Shown here: one piece after another, positions 28,786 through 38,574 of the stretch
Position numbering within the stretch: the stretch's first letter is position 1
Layout of the letters: each line of letters starts with the position of its first letter
DNA from: a bacterium
GTDB taxonomy: Bacteria; Patescibacteriota; WWE3; 2-01-FULL-39-13; JAACPI01
Length of the DNA: 64,000 bases
Direction: 5' to 3'
Assembly: GCA_009995545.1 (NCBI GenBank)
Contig: JAACPI010000005.1
Location: forward strand, 28,244 to 92,243
The notes under the pieces: model-generated
What the model saw: only the letters and a program-made list of their open reading frames with translations
The model's database searches: none
Told to the model about the DNA's origin: nothing
Translations under genes and position numbers: made by a program

Positions 28786-29484
28786 ATGGAAACCACTAAG
28801 GTAAACGCATCTACACAAGAGCATTTAGATATATACGATATAAAAGAAGATATGGTGATCTTAAAAAACGGTGCCGCATCCGCTGTAATACAAACTAGTG
28901 CTATTAACTTTGAACTTCTGTCACAAAGAGAACAAGATGCAGCTATTTTTGCATACTCAGGACTTTTAAACTCTATTAGTTTTCCTATGCAAGTCATTAT
29001 TAAAAATAAAAAAATGGATATTTCTAACTATATAGATAAAATATCTGAAGCAAGAAAAAAAATTGAAAGCCCCTTGCTACAAAAGGCAGCGGAAGACTAT
29101 CAAAACTTTGTAAGCGGGATAGTACAAAATTTTGAAATTTTAGACAAAAGCTTTTATGTCGCAATCACTTATAACGAAGGTTTAATAGTACCCGGAGAAA
29201 ACCCCTTTAACTGGTTAAAAGATCTACTTGGTTTTGGACACAGGGCTAAAAGCCAAATCGATGTTGCCGACATAGCGGCAAAGGCTAAAAGCCAGCTTTC
29301 ACCAAAAACAGAGCATATTGTAAAAGAGTTTAGAAGAATAAATATTCAAGCAAAAAGACTTAACACAGAGGAGCTAATTAAGTTATTTTATGAATATTAC
29401 AACCCAGAAAGCACTATAAATAAAGAGGCCCAAGAAAATGTGGCAGATTACACTACCCCTATGGTAGAAACTTTACAAGATTAA
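28786..29484 (+). CDS. TraC/VirB4 N-terminal-like protein
   Basis: STQEHLDI.DI...VILKNG, AINF.LLS..EQDA.I..Y..LLNS..FP.Q, ILDK.FY. Confidence 0.8.
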   Translation: METTKVNASTQEHLDIYDIKEDMVILKNGAASAVIQTSAINFELLSQREQDAAIFAYSGLLNSISFPMQVIIKNKKMDISNYIDKISEARKKIESPLLQKAAEDYQNFVSGIVQNFEILDKSFYVAITYNEGLIVPGENPFNWLKDLLGFGHRAKSQIDVADIAAKAKSQLSPKTEHIVKEFRRINIQAKRLNTEELIKLFYEYYNPESTINKEAQENVADYTTPMVETLQD

Positions 29485-29485
29485 A

Positions 29486-31615
29486 ATGAAAATACCTTTT
29501 TTAAATACAAAAAAAACAGCTACCTTACCTCCCCCAGTACCTCAAAAACCGGGGAGTACTAATGTTACAAGTTCCCCAACGCCGTTAAAAGAGGGGATTA
29601 AAACAGCAGACATAAAAATAAACACTAAAGAGGCCAAAGTGGATAAAGCAGTAAATACTTTTTCTGCTGGTGTCACAGATATTAAAGATATAATAGCTCC
29701 GGCCTCAATCTATGTAGATTTTAACCACTTAAAGATTGGAAACAAATTTTACAGAAGTTTTTTTATCTCGGGATACCCAAGATATGTTGGAGCTAATTGG
29801 TTAACCTCCTTAATCAATTTTGAGCACCCTGTAGAACTCTCTATGTTTTATTACCCCATAGAGGCTAAAGGGGTTTTAGAGGATCTAAGAAAGAAGATTA
29901 CAGAATTTCAGGCTACACTTTCAACAGACAGAGAAAATGGCAAGGTGATGGATCCAAAGGTTGAGGCTGCCCTTAAAGACGCGCTCGCCTTACAAGATAA
30001 ATTAGTAAAAGGAGTAGAACGATTTTTTCAATTCTCTTTTTACATCACAATTCCAGCCGATTCACTAGAAGAGTTGGACAATACGACCAAGATGCTTCAA
30101 GGGGTTTTGGGAGCACTGCTTATTGTAGCTAAAGAAAGCACTTTACAAATGGAGCAGGCATTTCAGTCAACAATCCCACTTTGTGTAGATAAAATGCTTT
30201 ATGTTAGAAATATGGACACCTCTTCTATTGCCACAACATTTCCTTTTACATCTAGTGAACTAACCAGAAACGAAGGAATACTTTACGGAATTAACAAACA
30301 CAACGGCTCTTTAATTATCTTCGACAGATTTTCTTTAGAAAACGCTAATTCCTGTATTTTTGCAACTTCTGGTGCTGGAAAATCCTATCTGGTAAAACTA
30401 GAAATTTTACGTTCCCTAATGTTTGGCACAGAGTGTATAGCCATCGACCCAGAAAGAGAGTATAAATCCCTGTCGGAGGCGGTAGGGGGAGAGTTTATTG
30501 AATTTTCTGAAAACTCAGCTTCTAAAATTAATCCGTTTGATATACCGACCACAGATAATCAGGAGGGTGGGGAGCTTGCTGAAAATGCATTAGGATCAAA
30601 AATACTTAGCTTACACTCTCTGTTTAAAATAATCTTTGGAAATATGAGTAACACCGAAGAAGCTATTTTAGACAAAGCTATTGTAGAAACCTACCGACTA
30701 AAAGGAATCGGACCAGACCCTAAAACACACGCTAACGAATCACCAATTATGGAAGATCTTTACAAAGTACTATTAGGAATGGATGAGCCAGAGTCCAAAA
30801 ACCTTTCGGCAAGGCTAGAAAGGTATGTTAAAGGTTCTTTAGCAGGAATATTTAATCAGCGAACTAATATTAAGTTAGATAACCCTTTTACAGTTTTTTC
30901 CGTTAGAAATTTAGAAGACGTTTTAAGACCCATTGCCTACTACATTATTTTAGACTTTATTTGGACTAAGGTGAAAATGAAAATGAAAAAAAGACTTCTT
31001 GTAGTAGACGAGGCTTGGTATTTAATGACCCACGAAGACTCCGCCTACTTCATGTACTCCATTGCAAAAAGAGCTCGAAAATATTATTTAGGGCTCACCA
31101 CCATTAGTCAGGATGTTAACGATTTTTTAAATTCCGAACACGGCCAAGTAATCATAACTAACGCGGCTATTAAAATACTGTTAAAACAGTCTCCCAGCTC
31201 TATAGATAGATTATCCGAAGTTTTTCATTTATCTGAAGGAGAAAAAAGACTTCTATTGTCTGTTGGGATAGGGGAGGGACTCTTTTTTGCAGGTAATAAC
31301 CATGTGGCTATGCAAGTTGTTGCTAGCAAAGAGGAACATAAAATTGTAACTACAAACCCAGAAGAAGTATTAAAAAAACAGGCAGGAATAAAAGAGGCGG
31401 AACTGAAATCTGAGATCACAGCAGGAAGGGCTTTAAACCAAGAAGATAAACCTAAAACAGAACCAATAAACGAAGAGGTGGTAAACAAAACTCTAGAACA
31501 AGTTCAAGAACCAAGTAATTCTATAGAGAATACAAATGTAAAAGATAATGTATCTAAAACAGCAGAAAGTAAACCATCCCAGGAATTAAAAAAGAACACA
31601 ATTGCGCTGGAATAG
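29486..31615 (+). CDS. virB4: VirB4-like type IV secretion ATPase
   Basis: Walker A FATSGAGKS, IDPEREY, INPFD, Walker B LLVVDEAW, KRARKY, ISQD. Confidence 0.9.
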   Translation: MKIPFLNTKKTATLPPPVPQKPGSTNVTSSPTPLKEGIKTADIKINTKEAKVDKAVNTFSAGVTDIKDIIAPASIYVDFNHLKIGNKFYRSFFISGYPRYVGANWLTSLINFEHPVELSMFYYPIEAKGVLEDLRKKITEFQATLSTDRENGKVMDPKVEAALKDALALQDKLVKGVERFFQFSFYITIPADSLEELDNTTKMLQGVLGALLIVAKESTLQMEQAFQSTIPLCVDKMLYVRNMDTSSIATTFPFTSSELTRNEGILYGINKHNGSLIIFDRFSLENANSCIFATSGAGKSYLVKLEILRSLMFGTECIAIDPEREYKSLSEAVGGEFIEFSENSASKINPFDIPTTDNQEGGELAENALGSKILSLHSLFKIIFGNMSNTEEAILDKAIVETYRLKGIGPDPKTHANESPIMEDLYKVLLGMDEPESKNLSARLERYVKGSLAGIFNQRTNIKLDNPFTVFSVRNLEDVLRPIAYYIILDFIWTKVKMKMKKRLLVVDEAWYLMTHEDSAYFMYSIAKRARKYYLGLTTISQDVNDFLNSEHGQVIITNAAIKILLKQSPSSIDRLSEVFHLSEGEKRLLLSVGIGEGLFFAGNNHVAMQVVASKEEHKIVTTNPEEVLKKQAGIKEAELKSEITAGRALNQEDKPKTEPINEEVVNKTLEQVQEPSNSIENTNVKDNVSKTAESKPSQELKKNTIALE

Positions 31616-31628
31616 TTAAAAAAGTAGT

Positions 31629-32753
31629 TTATTCCCAGTAGGGTTGAAGAGGTACCGCCACATGTAAATAATCTTTTCGAGTATCAGGAATAAATAAGGC
31701 GGGGGTAGTTTGTCCGGAACAGTGGACTGTTATATTTTCACAGCTTACATTGTTTAAAAAATCTAAAAGATAAGAAACTTTAAAGGCCATTTCTAAGTCA
31801 TCTCCCTCAGAATCTATCAAGGTTAAACCTTGTTTGTGGCTTCCTAATTGAACATCATCACTTAGTATATTTAAGGTCTTTTCTTTGGTTTTTAGGCTCA
31901 GTCTAACTGCTTCAGTTTCTTTAGAAAATACAGAAGCAAGCTTAATCGCATTTAAAAAATCCCCATGGGGTAAAGTAAAATGGGATATAGGGCTTTTAGG
32001 TATAACACTTTCGTAATCTGGAAAATCACCATCTAAAATTTTAGATACAAAAAATAAATCTTCTAAGTCGAAAATTACATTCCCAGAGCTGGGTTGAAAG
32101 TCTATAGTAATATCAGACTCAGGTTTGGCCATTCTGATAACCTCTAACAGGTTTTTAGCCGGTACAATCATATCTTCCATGTCTTTTGGCATAGAAGTAA
32201 GACTGCTTAAAGGGAGTAATTTTCTAGATAGCCTGTAACCGTCTAAACCAACGAAATGTAAATCCTTACCTACAGTTTTTAGTAAAATTCCTGTCCAAGC
32301 TGGCCTCATATCATCTTTGCTTGAAGAAAAATGGGTTTCATCCACCGAGGATTTTAGTACTGCAGCGGAAATTTTCATTTTATTCTCGCTAAGAGTGTAA
32401 TTAATTGCGGGGTACTCCTCGGCACTCATACCGTTAAAAGAAGCTTTTGCCGTTTTTGTTTTTACAGAAAAAGATTCTCCTTTTATTTCACCTTCAATGT
32501 ACTCATCCTTTAGACCGTTTACAAAGTCATAAAGAGATTTGGCTGGTACAGTAATACTACCTTCCCCTTCAATTTTACCGCCTACCCAAGTAACAATGGA
32601 CTTTTCTAAATCACTAGCAACAAGCTTAAGACGCCCACCATCTGATTCCAATAAAACATTCTGTAGTATAGGCAAAGAAGATTTAACAGATATAGCCTTT
32701 AGAGTAATGCTTAAGGCTTTGGCAAATTTTTCACGCACTAGAGTAAACTTCAT
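31629..32753 (-). CDS. dnaN: DNA polymerase III beta clamp
   Basis: SLPILQNVLL, ASDLE, GSITVPAK, DGYRLS, GDFPDYESVIP. Confidence 0.96.
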   Translation of the reverse strand: MKFTLVREKFAKALSITLKAISVKSSLPILQNVLLESDGGRLKLVASDLEKSIVTWVGGKIEGEGSITVPAKSLYDFVNGLKDEYIEGEIKGESFSVKTKTAKASFNGMSAEEYPAINYTLSENKMKISAAVLKSSVDETHFSSSKDDMRPAWTGILLKTVGKDLHFVGLDGYRLSRKLLPLSSLTSMPKDMEDMIVPAKNLLEVIRMAKPESDITIDFQPSSGNVIFDLEDLFFVSKILDGDFPDYESVIPKSPISHFTLPHGDFLNAIKLASVFSKETEAVRLSLKTKEKTLNILSDDVQLGSHKQGLTLIDSEGDDLEMAFKVSYLLDFLNNVSCENITVHCSGQTTPALFIPDTRKDYLHVAVPLQPYWE

Positions 32754-32812
32754 TAAGGCAAGTGTATAATTTTATAGAAATTTAATCCAGAGAGGTTTTA
32801 GTTTTAGGTAGC

Positions 32813-33283
32813 TTATTTTAAATCAGACTTAGAAACAACAACTCGTCTTTCCATATCTTCGCCAATACTAAACGAAACTACATCTTTGTACAAAGCTATT
32901 TCTGTATGAATAACTCTTCTTTCTACAGGTTTCATAGGAGGAAACTTATAAGTACCCCCTTCACTGGATATCTGCAGCGCAACAGATTTCACTCTTTCTC
33001 TTAGTTTGTCTTCTCTATCTTTTCTATAGCCACCAATATCCACAAAAATACTAAACTCACCCTCTATATTTCTAGATACAAAAGCGTAAAGGATACTTTG
33101 GATCGAAAAGATATTCTCCCCATGATAACCAATTAAATTACCAAAATCCTCCCCTTCGATTTCCACTGATAATAAGTTTTCTTCGGAATCGAAGGTAGTA
33201 ACTATATCAAAATCACTAACATCTAAACTCTCTAAAAGAGACTTTAAAAATTCGTTTATGCTGTTTATATCTTTATCTCCCAT
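32813..33283 (-). CDS. jag: Jag/KhpB-like KH + R3H RNA-binding protein
   Basis: LIGYHGE, VDIGGYR, PMKPVERRVIH, SIGEDMERRVV; follows yidC. Confidence 0.88.
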   Translation of the reverse strand: MGDKDINSINEFLKSLLESLDVSDFDIVTTFDSEENLLSVEIEGEDFGNLIGYHGENIFSIQSILYAFVSRNIEGEFSIFVDIGGYRKDREDKLRERVKSVALQISSEGGTYKFPPMKPVERRVIHTEIALYKDVVSFSIGEDMERRVVVSKSDLK

Positions 33284-33297
33284 ATTTATAAAATAAA

Positions 33298-34026
33298 TTA
33301 ACCTTTAATAATGTACTTTTTTAAGGCCCAATTCTGTAAAATAGTATACAAGCTACTGACAAACCAATACAAGGCTAAACCAGAAGGAAAGTTGATAGTA
33401 AAAAATACAGTCATAATTGGAAACATATATAGCATTTGGGATTGCATTTGAGTAGCTATATCATCCACCCCAGATTCGGTTTTTTTTGCAATCTTTTCAG
33501 CGGCTTTAACTTTAGGCATCATATACTTAGATGCAAAAAATTGAGCTATACCCGTTAAAACAGGAAGTATATAGTAGGGATCTTTTTTAAATAAATCTAA
33601 ATAGAGAAAATAATGGTTTATAGGGTTTTCCCTTAAAATACTAGAATAATAAAAGCTAGGGTCTATAGTCCCGTCAAAAAGGCCCCTAAAAACATTAAAT
33701 AGGGCTAACAGAATAATCATAAACACTATACTGGGCAAACAGCCTCCTGCTGGACTAACTCCGTGCTTTTTATAAAGATCCATCTGGGCTTTCGCCAATT
33801 CTGACTTATCTTTATGCTTTTCTTTAAGCTTTTTTAAATCCTCATCCATATCTCCTTTTTTAAGAGACAGCCTAAGTTGAGGTATGCTAAGTGGGACTAA
33901 AATCGTTTTTAAAATAAGGGTCAGAAGAATAATAGAAATACCTAAATTACCGGTATAAAGCTCCAAAAAAACTAATGAGTTAAATATCGGCTTTTTTAAT
34001 ATTTCTATCCAAATAAAATTTAACAT
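33298..34026 (-). CDS. yidC: membrane protein insertase YidC
   Basis: IILLT, LYKKHGVSPAGGCLP, FPSGLALYW. Confidence 0.95.
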   Translation of the reverse strand: MLNFIWIEILKKPIFNSLVFLELYTGNLGISIILLTLILKTILVPLSIPQLRLSLKKGDMDEDLKKLKEKHKDKSELAKAQMDLYKKHGVSPAGGCLPSIVFMIILLALFNVFRGLFDGTIDPSFYYSSILRENPINHYFLYLDLFKKDPYYILPVLTGIAQFFASKYMMPKVKAAEKIAKKTESGVDDIATQMQSQMLYMFPIMTVFFTINFPSGLALYWFVSSLYTILQNWALKKYIIKG

Positions 34027-34033
34027 ATTTATA

Positions 34034-34270
34034 TTATTTTAAGGGGTCATGGCCCCCTTTTGCAAAGGGATGACACCTTAAAAGTCTTTTTATACCTAAA
34101 TAAAAACCTTTTATAACACCATACTTATTCACCGCTTGATAAGTGTATTCCGAACAAGTCGGATCGTAAATACAAACTGCAGGATTACCAAATAACTTCC
34201 CTAGATACCCCTGATCAATACTAAGATATTTTTGATAAAACCTTATTAATCTCGAAACTGATTTTTTCAT
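34034..34270 (-). CDS. yidD: membrane protein insertion efficiency factor
   Basis: YQKYLS, C.Y.PTCSEY, RLLRCHPFAKGGHDP. Confidence 0.95.
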   Translation of the reverse strand: MKKSVSRLIRFYQKYLSIDQGYLGKLFGNPAVCIYDPTCSEYTYQAVNKYGVIKGFYLGIKRLLRCHPFAKGGHDPLK

Positions 34271-34562
34271 TTGTTAAATCCTCTTTTTTAAGGGTATCTT
34301 TTACTATAAATACGTAATGACCCTTAAGTAATTCTAAACTAGTATACTTTTTATATAAGGTGGCCTTAATATGCCTTCTTAAAAAATTTCTATCCGTTGA
34401 CTTACTCAAAAACTTTTTACCTACTATAAAAGTAAACTTAGTTGTCTCGTTAGAATAAAATTTAAGTTTTAAATAAGAAGAGGTAGCAGACTTGTCGGGA
34501 TATTTAGTCTTTAATAATAGAACCTCGAAAGACTTTAGTCGTAACTCTTTGGGAAGATTCAC
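34221..34562 (-). CDS. rnpA: ribonuclease P protein component
   Basis: LPKELRL, IVGKK...KSTDRNFLRR (RNR motif); lies between rpmH and yidD. Confidence 0.85.
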   Translation of the reverse strand: MNLPKELRLKSFEVLLLKTKYPDKSATSSYLKLKFYSNETTKFTFIVGKKFLSKSTDRNFLRRHIKATLYKKYTSLELLKGHYVFIVKDTLKKEDLTNEKISFEINKVLSKIS

Positions 34563-34570
34563 CCTAAAAG

Positions 34571-34735
34571 TTAGCGCCCCTTAAATTTGGGGACATCTAC
34601 TGCTAACTTTTTTCTGCCTTTAGTACGGCGTCTTTTAAGCACATTCTTACCTCCAGGAGTCTCTCTCCTAGCCCTGAACCCGTGCTTCTTTCTTTTTCTT
34701 TTACTGCCTTTGTTATCGGCTCTTTTAGATCCCAT
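34571..34735 (-). CDS. rpmH: 50S ribosomal protein L34 (not in ORF track)
   Basis: manual translation [54 protein letters not shown]. Confidence 0.95.
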   Translation of the reverse strand: MGSKRADNKGSKRKRKKHGFRARRETPGGKNVLKRRRTKGRKKLAVDVPKFKGR

Positions 34736-34870
34736 GTTTAAAAAATAAATTTACACTAAAGACTGCAGTAAAGATAATAGCACATTTTCTTTTAAATAAA
34801 AGGGAATGTTAGTATAAGTATAACCAAAATGAAGTAAAGGTATAAATTAAGTATATTGTTTGACAAAGAA

Positions 34871-34879
34871 TGTGGATAA
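34871..34879. promoter_or_regulatory. DnaA box upstream of dnaA
   Basis: perfect TGTGGATAA. Confidence 0.75.
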
Positions 34880-34974
34880 CTTATTATTACAACACGGTAT
34901 TTAGACTGTATAAATCTTCTAAATGCTCCTGTTAAAGCCCTTATCAAATTGTGCCCTAATCTTAAACTATACGA

Positions 34975-36390
34975 ATGGAACCCGAAAAATTGTGGAAAAG
35001 TGTACTAGGTGAGCTGGAGCTAGCGGTCTCCCCAACTTACTACAATACTTTTTTTCCAAGCACTAAAATTACAAAAATTGAAAACGAGAGTATAGAAATT
35101 TTTTGCCAAAACAATGTTTCAAAGGAAATTCTACAACAGAGGTATAGTAAAGACATAAAAAAACTGATAAAAGATAGGACTGGACAGGAATTTGACATTA
35201 TATTTACTACTAAAAACTCAGTAGACCAGGGGAAGTTTATTACGGATGCACCCCTTTTTGGCAATAAGAATACAAGTACCGTAAGAGAACAAGACTTAGA
35301 ACAAAGTAGGCACACCTCAACGAACACACCCCTAAAAGAGACGGTAAGCAATGGTTTAGTTAAAGAATATAACTTCCAAAACTTTATAGTAGGCCCTAAT
35401 AACAGATTAGCTTATACCGTTGCCAAAACTGTTGCCGAAAACCCAGGTAATAGTTATAACCCCTTCTTAATATACTCGGGTGTTGGACTTGGAAAAACGC
35501 ATTTGCTACACGCAATTGGGAATGAGATTTTTAAAAACCACCCAGATTACAAAATCGTTTATTGTACCGGACAAGAGTTTTTAAATGACTTAATGGAGGC
35601 CCTACAGAACACTAGAACTAATGGTGGGACTATTAGAGACTTTAAAAAAAGATTCACAGACATAGATGTTTGGCTAATTGATGACGTACAAGTTATAGCC
35701 GGAAGAGAAGCAACTCAGGAGGAATTTTACTTCGCTTTTAATCATTTATATTTGAGCAAAAAGCAAATAGTACTCAGCTCAGATAGACATCCTTCAGAAA
35801 TTAAGAAATTACACGAAAGAATATCCTCAAGATTTAATATGGGCATGGTTGCGGATGTACAAAAGCCGGATGTAGACGTAAGAACAGCTATTTTAAGAAA
35901 CAAAAGAGAGGATTTGGGCATAGATATCGATAATGAAACCCTCGATTACATAGCTAACAACATTAACTCGAATATTAGAGAACTAGAAGGGGCCTTCACC
36001 CAGGTAGTTACTTATGCCAAAGCTATGAATATTAAAGCTAATATAAGTGCTGCCAAACAGGCTTTAAATAACTCTATAGTAACAAAAGAAGAAAAGAATA
36101 TTAAACCTAACAAAGTTGTTAGGGAAGTATGTGAGTATTACCATTTAGAAACTCGAGAGGTTAAAGGTCCAAGAAGGACAAAAGAGGTAGTATTACCTAG
36201 GCAAATAATCATGTATCTTCTAAAAGAAATTAACCAACTTCCTTTAATGGAAATAGGCGTATTACTAGGAAATAGAGACCACACCACAGTTATGTACGGC
36301 ATTGGAAAAATCAAAAGTGAGCTTAAAAACGACAACTTCAAAATTAAAAAAGATATATCAATAATTAAAGAAATAATTCTGGATAAGTAG
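34975..36390 (+). CDS. dnaA: chromosomal replication initiator DnaA
   Basis: YNPFLIYSGVGLGKTHLL, LIDDVQ, TQEEF, NIRELEG, RDHTTV. Confidence 0.98.
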   Translation: MEPEKLWKSVLGELELAVSPTYYNTFFPSTKITKIENESIEIFCQNNVSKEILQQRYSKDIKKLIKDRTGQEFDIIFTTKNSVDQGKFITDAPLFGNKNTSTVREQDLEQSRHTSTNTPLKETVSNGLVKEYNFQNFIVGPNNRLAYTVAKTVAENPGNSYNPFLIYSGVGLGKTHLLHAIGNEIFKNHPDYKIVYCTGQEFLNDLMEALQNTRTNGGTIRDFKKRFTDIDVWLIDDVQVIAGREATQEEFYFAFNHLYLSKKQIVLSSDRHPSEIKKLHERISSRFNMGMVADVQKPDVDVRTAILRNKREDLGIDIDNETLDYIANNINSNIRELEGAFTQVVTYAKAMNIKANISAAKQALNNSIVTKEEKNIKPNKVVREVCEYYHLETREVKGPRRTKEVVLPRQIIMYLLKEINQLPLMEIGVLLGNRDHTTVMYGIGKIKSELKNDNFKIKKDISIIKEIILDK

Positions 36391-36690
36391 AAAAATTTGT
36401 GGATAAAATAGGAGGACAGGGGATAAAATAGTTAATTACTAGAGGCTTTGTTAATAAGTACACACAATTTTCCACAAGTTCTCCACATAATTATTAGGGT
36501 TATTAACAGTAAAGAAACCCCATAAACAAAGGTGGTACGTAGTTTGTAGTAATGTAAATAGCTAAGGTAGGGGAGGTTGAATAATTAACATTGGCAAAGT
36601 GAGTTTTATGTTGTGAGTACAGAGGTTACAATGGTTATACACTTATTAACACTTACTACTACTAACTCTAATAAATTAAAACAAAAAAAT
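36378..36690. other. replication origin oriC
   Basis: DnaA boxes TGTGGATAA 36398, TTTTCCACA 36468, TTCTCCACA 36479, TTATTAACA 36500 and 36643, followed by TACTACTACTAA trio-like repeats and an AT-rich tract; + strand genes look more T/G-ending after this point. Confidence 0.85.
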
Positions 36691-36707
36691 TATAATAATA
36701 AGAACCA

Positions 36708-37859
36708 ATGTTTAAAACTTTTTCCAAGATACATCTGTCTATAATATCTTTCTTTCTTATTAAGATAAGTTATTTATTAAAATTTTTTAAGTTAGGAAAT
36801 GGCTCTACTCTTCCGGGGCTTTTACTTCAAAAGTTACCTTTAAATTATCTTTCTATCTACTTTAAATATTTTGATTCTAAATACATATTTATAACTGGGA
36901 CTAACGGAAAAACTAGCACAACAGCTTTACTGAATCAGTTACTTTTGGAATCTGGGTACACAGTACTGTCTAATTTAACTGGGTCAAATCTAAAAAGAGG
37001 TATTCTTAGCGCTTTTAGTTTAGGTTTTAATAGTTATAAAAGACATAGCCCTAACTTTTGTGTGTTTGAAGTCGACGAGGCTAGTGTTCCAGGGATTATA
37101 GAAAGTTTTCCAAAAGACAAAGTTTTTAGCTTATTAGTTCTTAATCTTTCCAGAGACCAGTTAGATCGTTACGGAGAGATAGATATTTTAGTAGATAAAA
37201 TTAACGATAGCTTTAAAGACTTTATTAAATATAATTTATTTCTAAAAAAAGATAACTACACTGCAAATTTTAATGAACCCTACTTTCTAGCTAATAAAGA
37301 CTCTGGTGAGTTTAAAAAAGCATGTGTAAAGTTAAGACTTCTTACAAAGGATCATTTGATAGAAAATTTTAGCTTTATATTCACCCTTTTAAAGGAGCTA
37401 AAAGTATTTGTTAATTACGAAAAAATTACCCCCTTTAAGCAAGTCCCCGGCAGGGGTAATAATTATTATTTTAATGGTGTAAAAGTTAATCTTAATTTAA
37501 CAAAAAATCCTGCTAGTTTTAATATTAATCTAAAACAACTGCCCGTAGAAAGTGAAAATATTTTAATTTATATGAACGATAATATACCCGACGGACACGA
37601 TGTCAGCTGGTTTTACGATATAGACTATGAACTATTAAAAGAAGCTTTAAAGGGTAAGAATACTTATGTTGCCGGCTCTAGATCTACAGACTTTTTTAAT
37701 TTACTAAATATCTTAGGTATACCCGCATTTAATTATAGTAATCTAAACAATACCTTATTGTTTTGTAGTAGCTGGGGTTTTAAGGATCTATATATACTAT
37801 CTAACTATTCTGCAACTAGACATCTAGTAAAAGAATTTGCAGAAAATAAAAATGTATAA
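36708..37859 (+). CDS. murT: MurT lipid II isoglutaminyl synthase subunit (Mur ligase + DUF1727), shortened
   Basis: TGTNGKTST, N..GSN, EVDEA, NLSRDQLDRYGE, L.KNP, ND...DG.DVSW..D, NYSA. Confidence 0.88.
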   Translation: MFKTFSKIHLSIISFFLIKISYLLKFFKLGNGSTLPGLLLQKLPLNYLSIYFKYFDSKYIFITGTNGKTSTTALLNQLLLESGYTVLSNLTGSNLKRGILSAFSLGFNSYKRHSPNFCVFEVDEASVPGIIESFPKDKVFSLLVLNLSRDQLDRYGEIDILVDKINDSFKDFIKYNLFLKKDNYTANFNEPYFLANKDSGEFKKACVKLRLLTKDHLIENFSFIFTLLKELKVFVNYEKITPFKQVPGRGNNYYFNGVKVNLNLTKNPASFNINLKQLPVESENILIYMNDNIPDGHDVSWFYDIDYELLKEALKGKNTYVAGSRSTDFFNLLNILGIPAFNYSNLNNTLLFCSSWGFKDLYILSNYSATRHLVKEFAENKNV

Positions 37860-38574
37860 AATAGCCCATCTTTACCCAAAAGAGTTAAATTTGTATGGGG
37901 ATAAAGGTAATATCTTGTATCTAACCTATTTTTTAAATCAAATTGGGATAAAAAGTGAGGTGACTGATATTGGTTTAAAAACTAATATCACCGAGGATTT
38001 TGACTTTATTTTTTCTGGAGGGGGCCCGGACTCTCTACAAAATCTAGTTTATAAAGATTTTTTAACTAAAAAAGATTTTTTAATAAAACATATAGAAATG
38101 AACAAACCCTCTGTTTTTGTTTGTGGATCTTTTCAACTACTTGGTAAATATTATTTAAATTCAAAAAACGAAAAAGTTCCTGGACTTGGTATTTTTAATT
38201 TTTATACTCAGTCCCCTTTAAATCAAAACAAGAGAATTGTTGGTAATACTTACTTTAAATTTAAAGAATCTTTTTTTGGAAATACAGTTGTCGGGTTTGA
38301 AAACCACAATGGGAGGACCTATTTAGAAGATAAACTTACACCTCTAGGAGAATCCTTTTCAAAGGATTCCGGAAACAATGATTTCGATAAAGGTGAAGGT
38401 TTACTTTATAAAAAAACTTTAGGTACCTACTTGCACGGCCCTTTATTTGTAAAAAATCCGAATATTTTAGAATTTTTGCTTAAAGATCTTTTTATAAGGC
38501 AAAAAAATCTAGATTTAAAAACTTTTTATCCCGAATTTGTCGCTCATCAAAATGTACTTAACAAAAAATTTTAA
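37852..38574 (+). CDS. gatD: GatD (CobQ-like) glutamine amidotransferase
   Basis: HLYP...NLYGD.GN, GGGPD, CGSFQLLG, GFENH.G, TYLHGP...KNP. Confidence 0.9.
   Translation: MYKIAHLYPKELNLYGDKGNILYLTYFLNQIGIKSEVTDIGLKTNITEDFDFIFSGGGPDSLQNLVYKDFLTKKDFLIKHIEMNKPSVFVCGSFQLLGKYYLNSKNEKVPGLGIFNFYTQSPLNQNKRIVGNTYFKFKESFFGNTVVGFENHNGRTYLEDKLTPLGESFSKDSGNNDFDKGEGLLYKKTLGTYLHGPLFVKNPNILEFLLKDLFIRQKNLDLKTFYPEFVAHQNVLNKKF

Noticed and set aside
25832-31615. conjugative element (ICE) interpretation
   Set aside because: no relaxase, integrase or att; embedded among core genes as is typical of CPR
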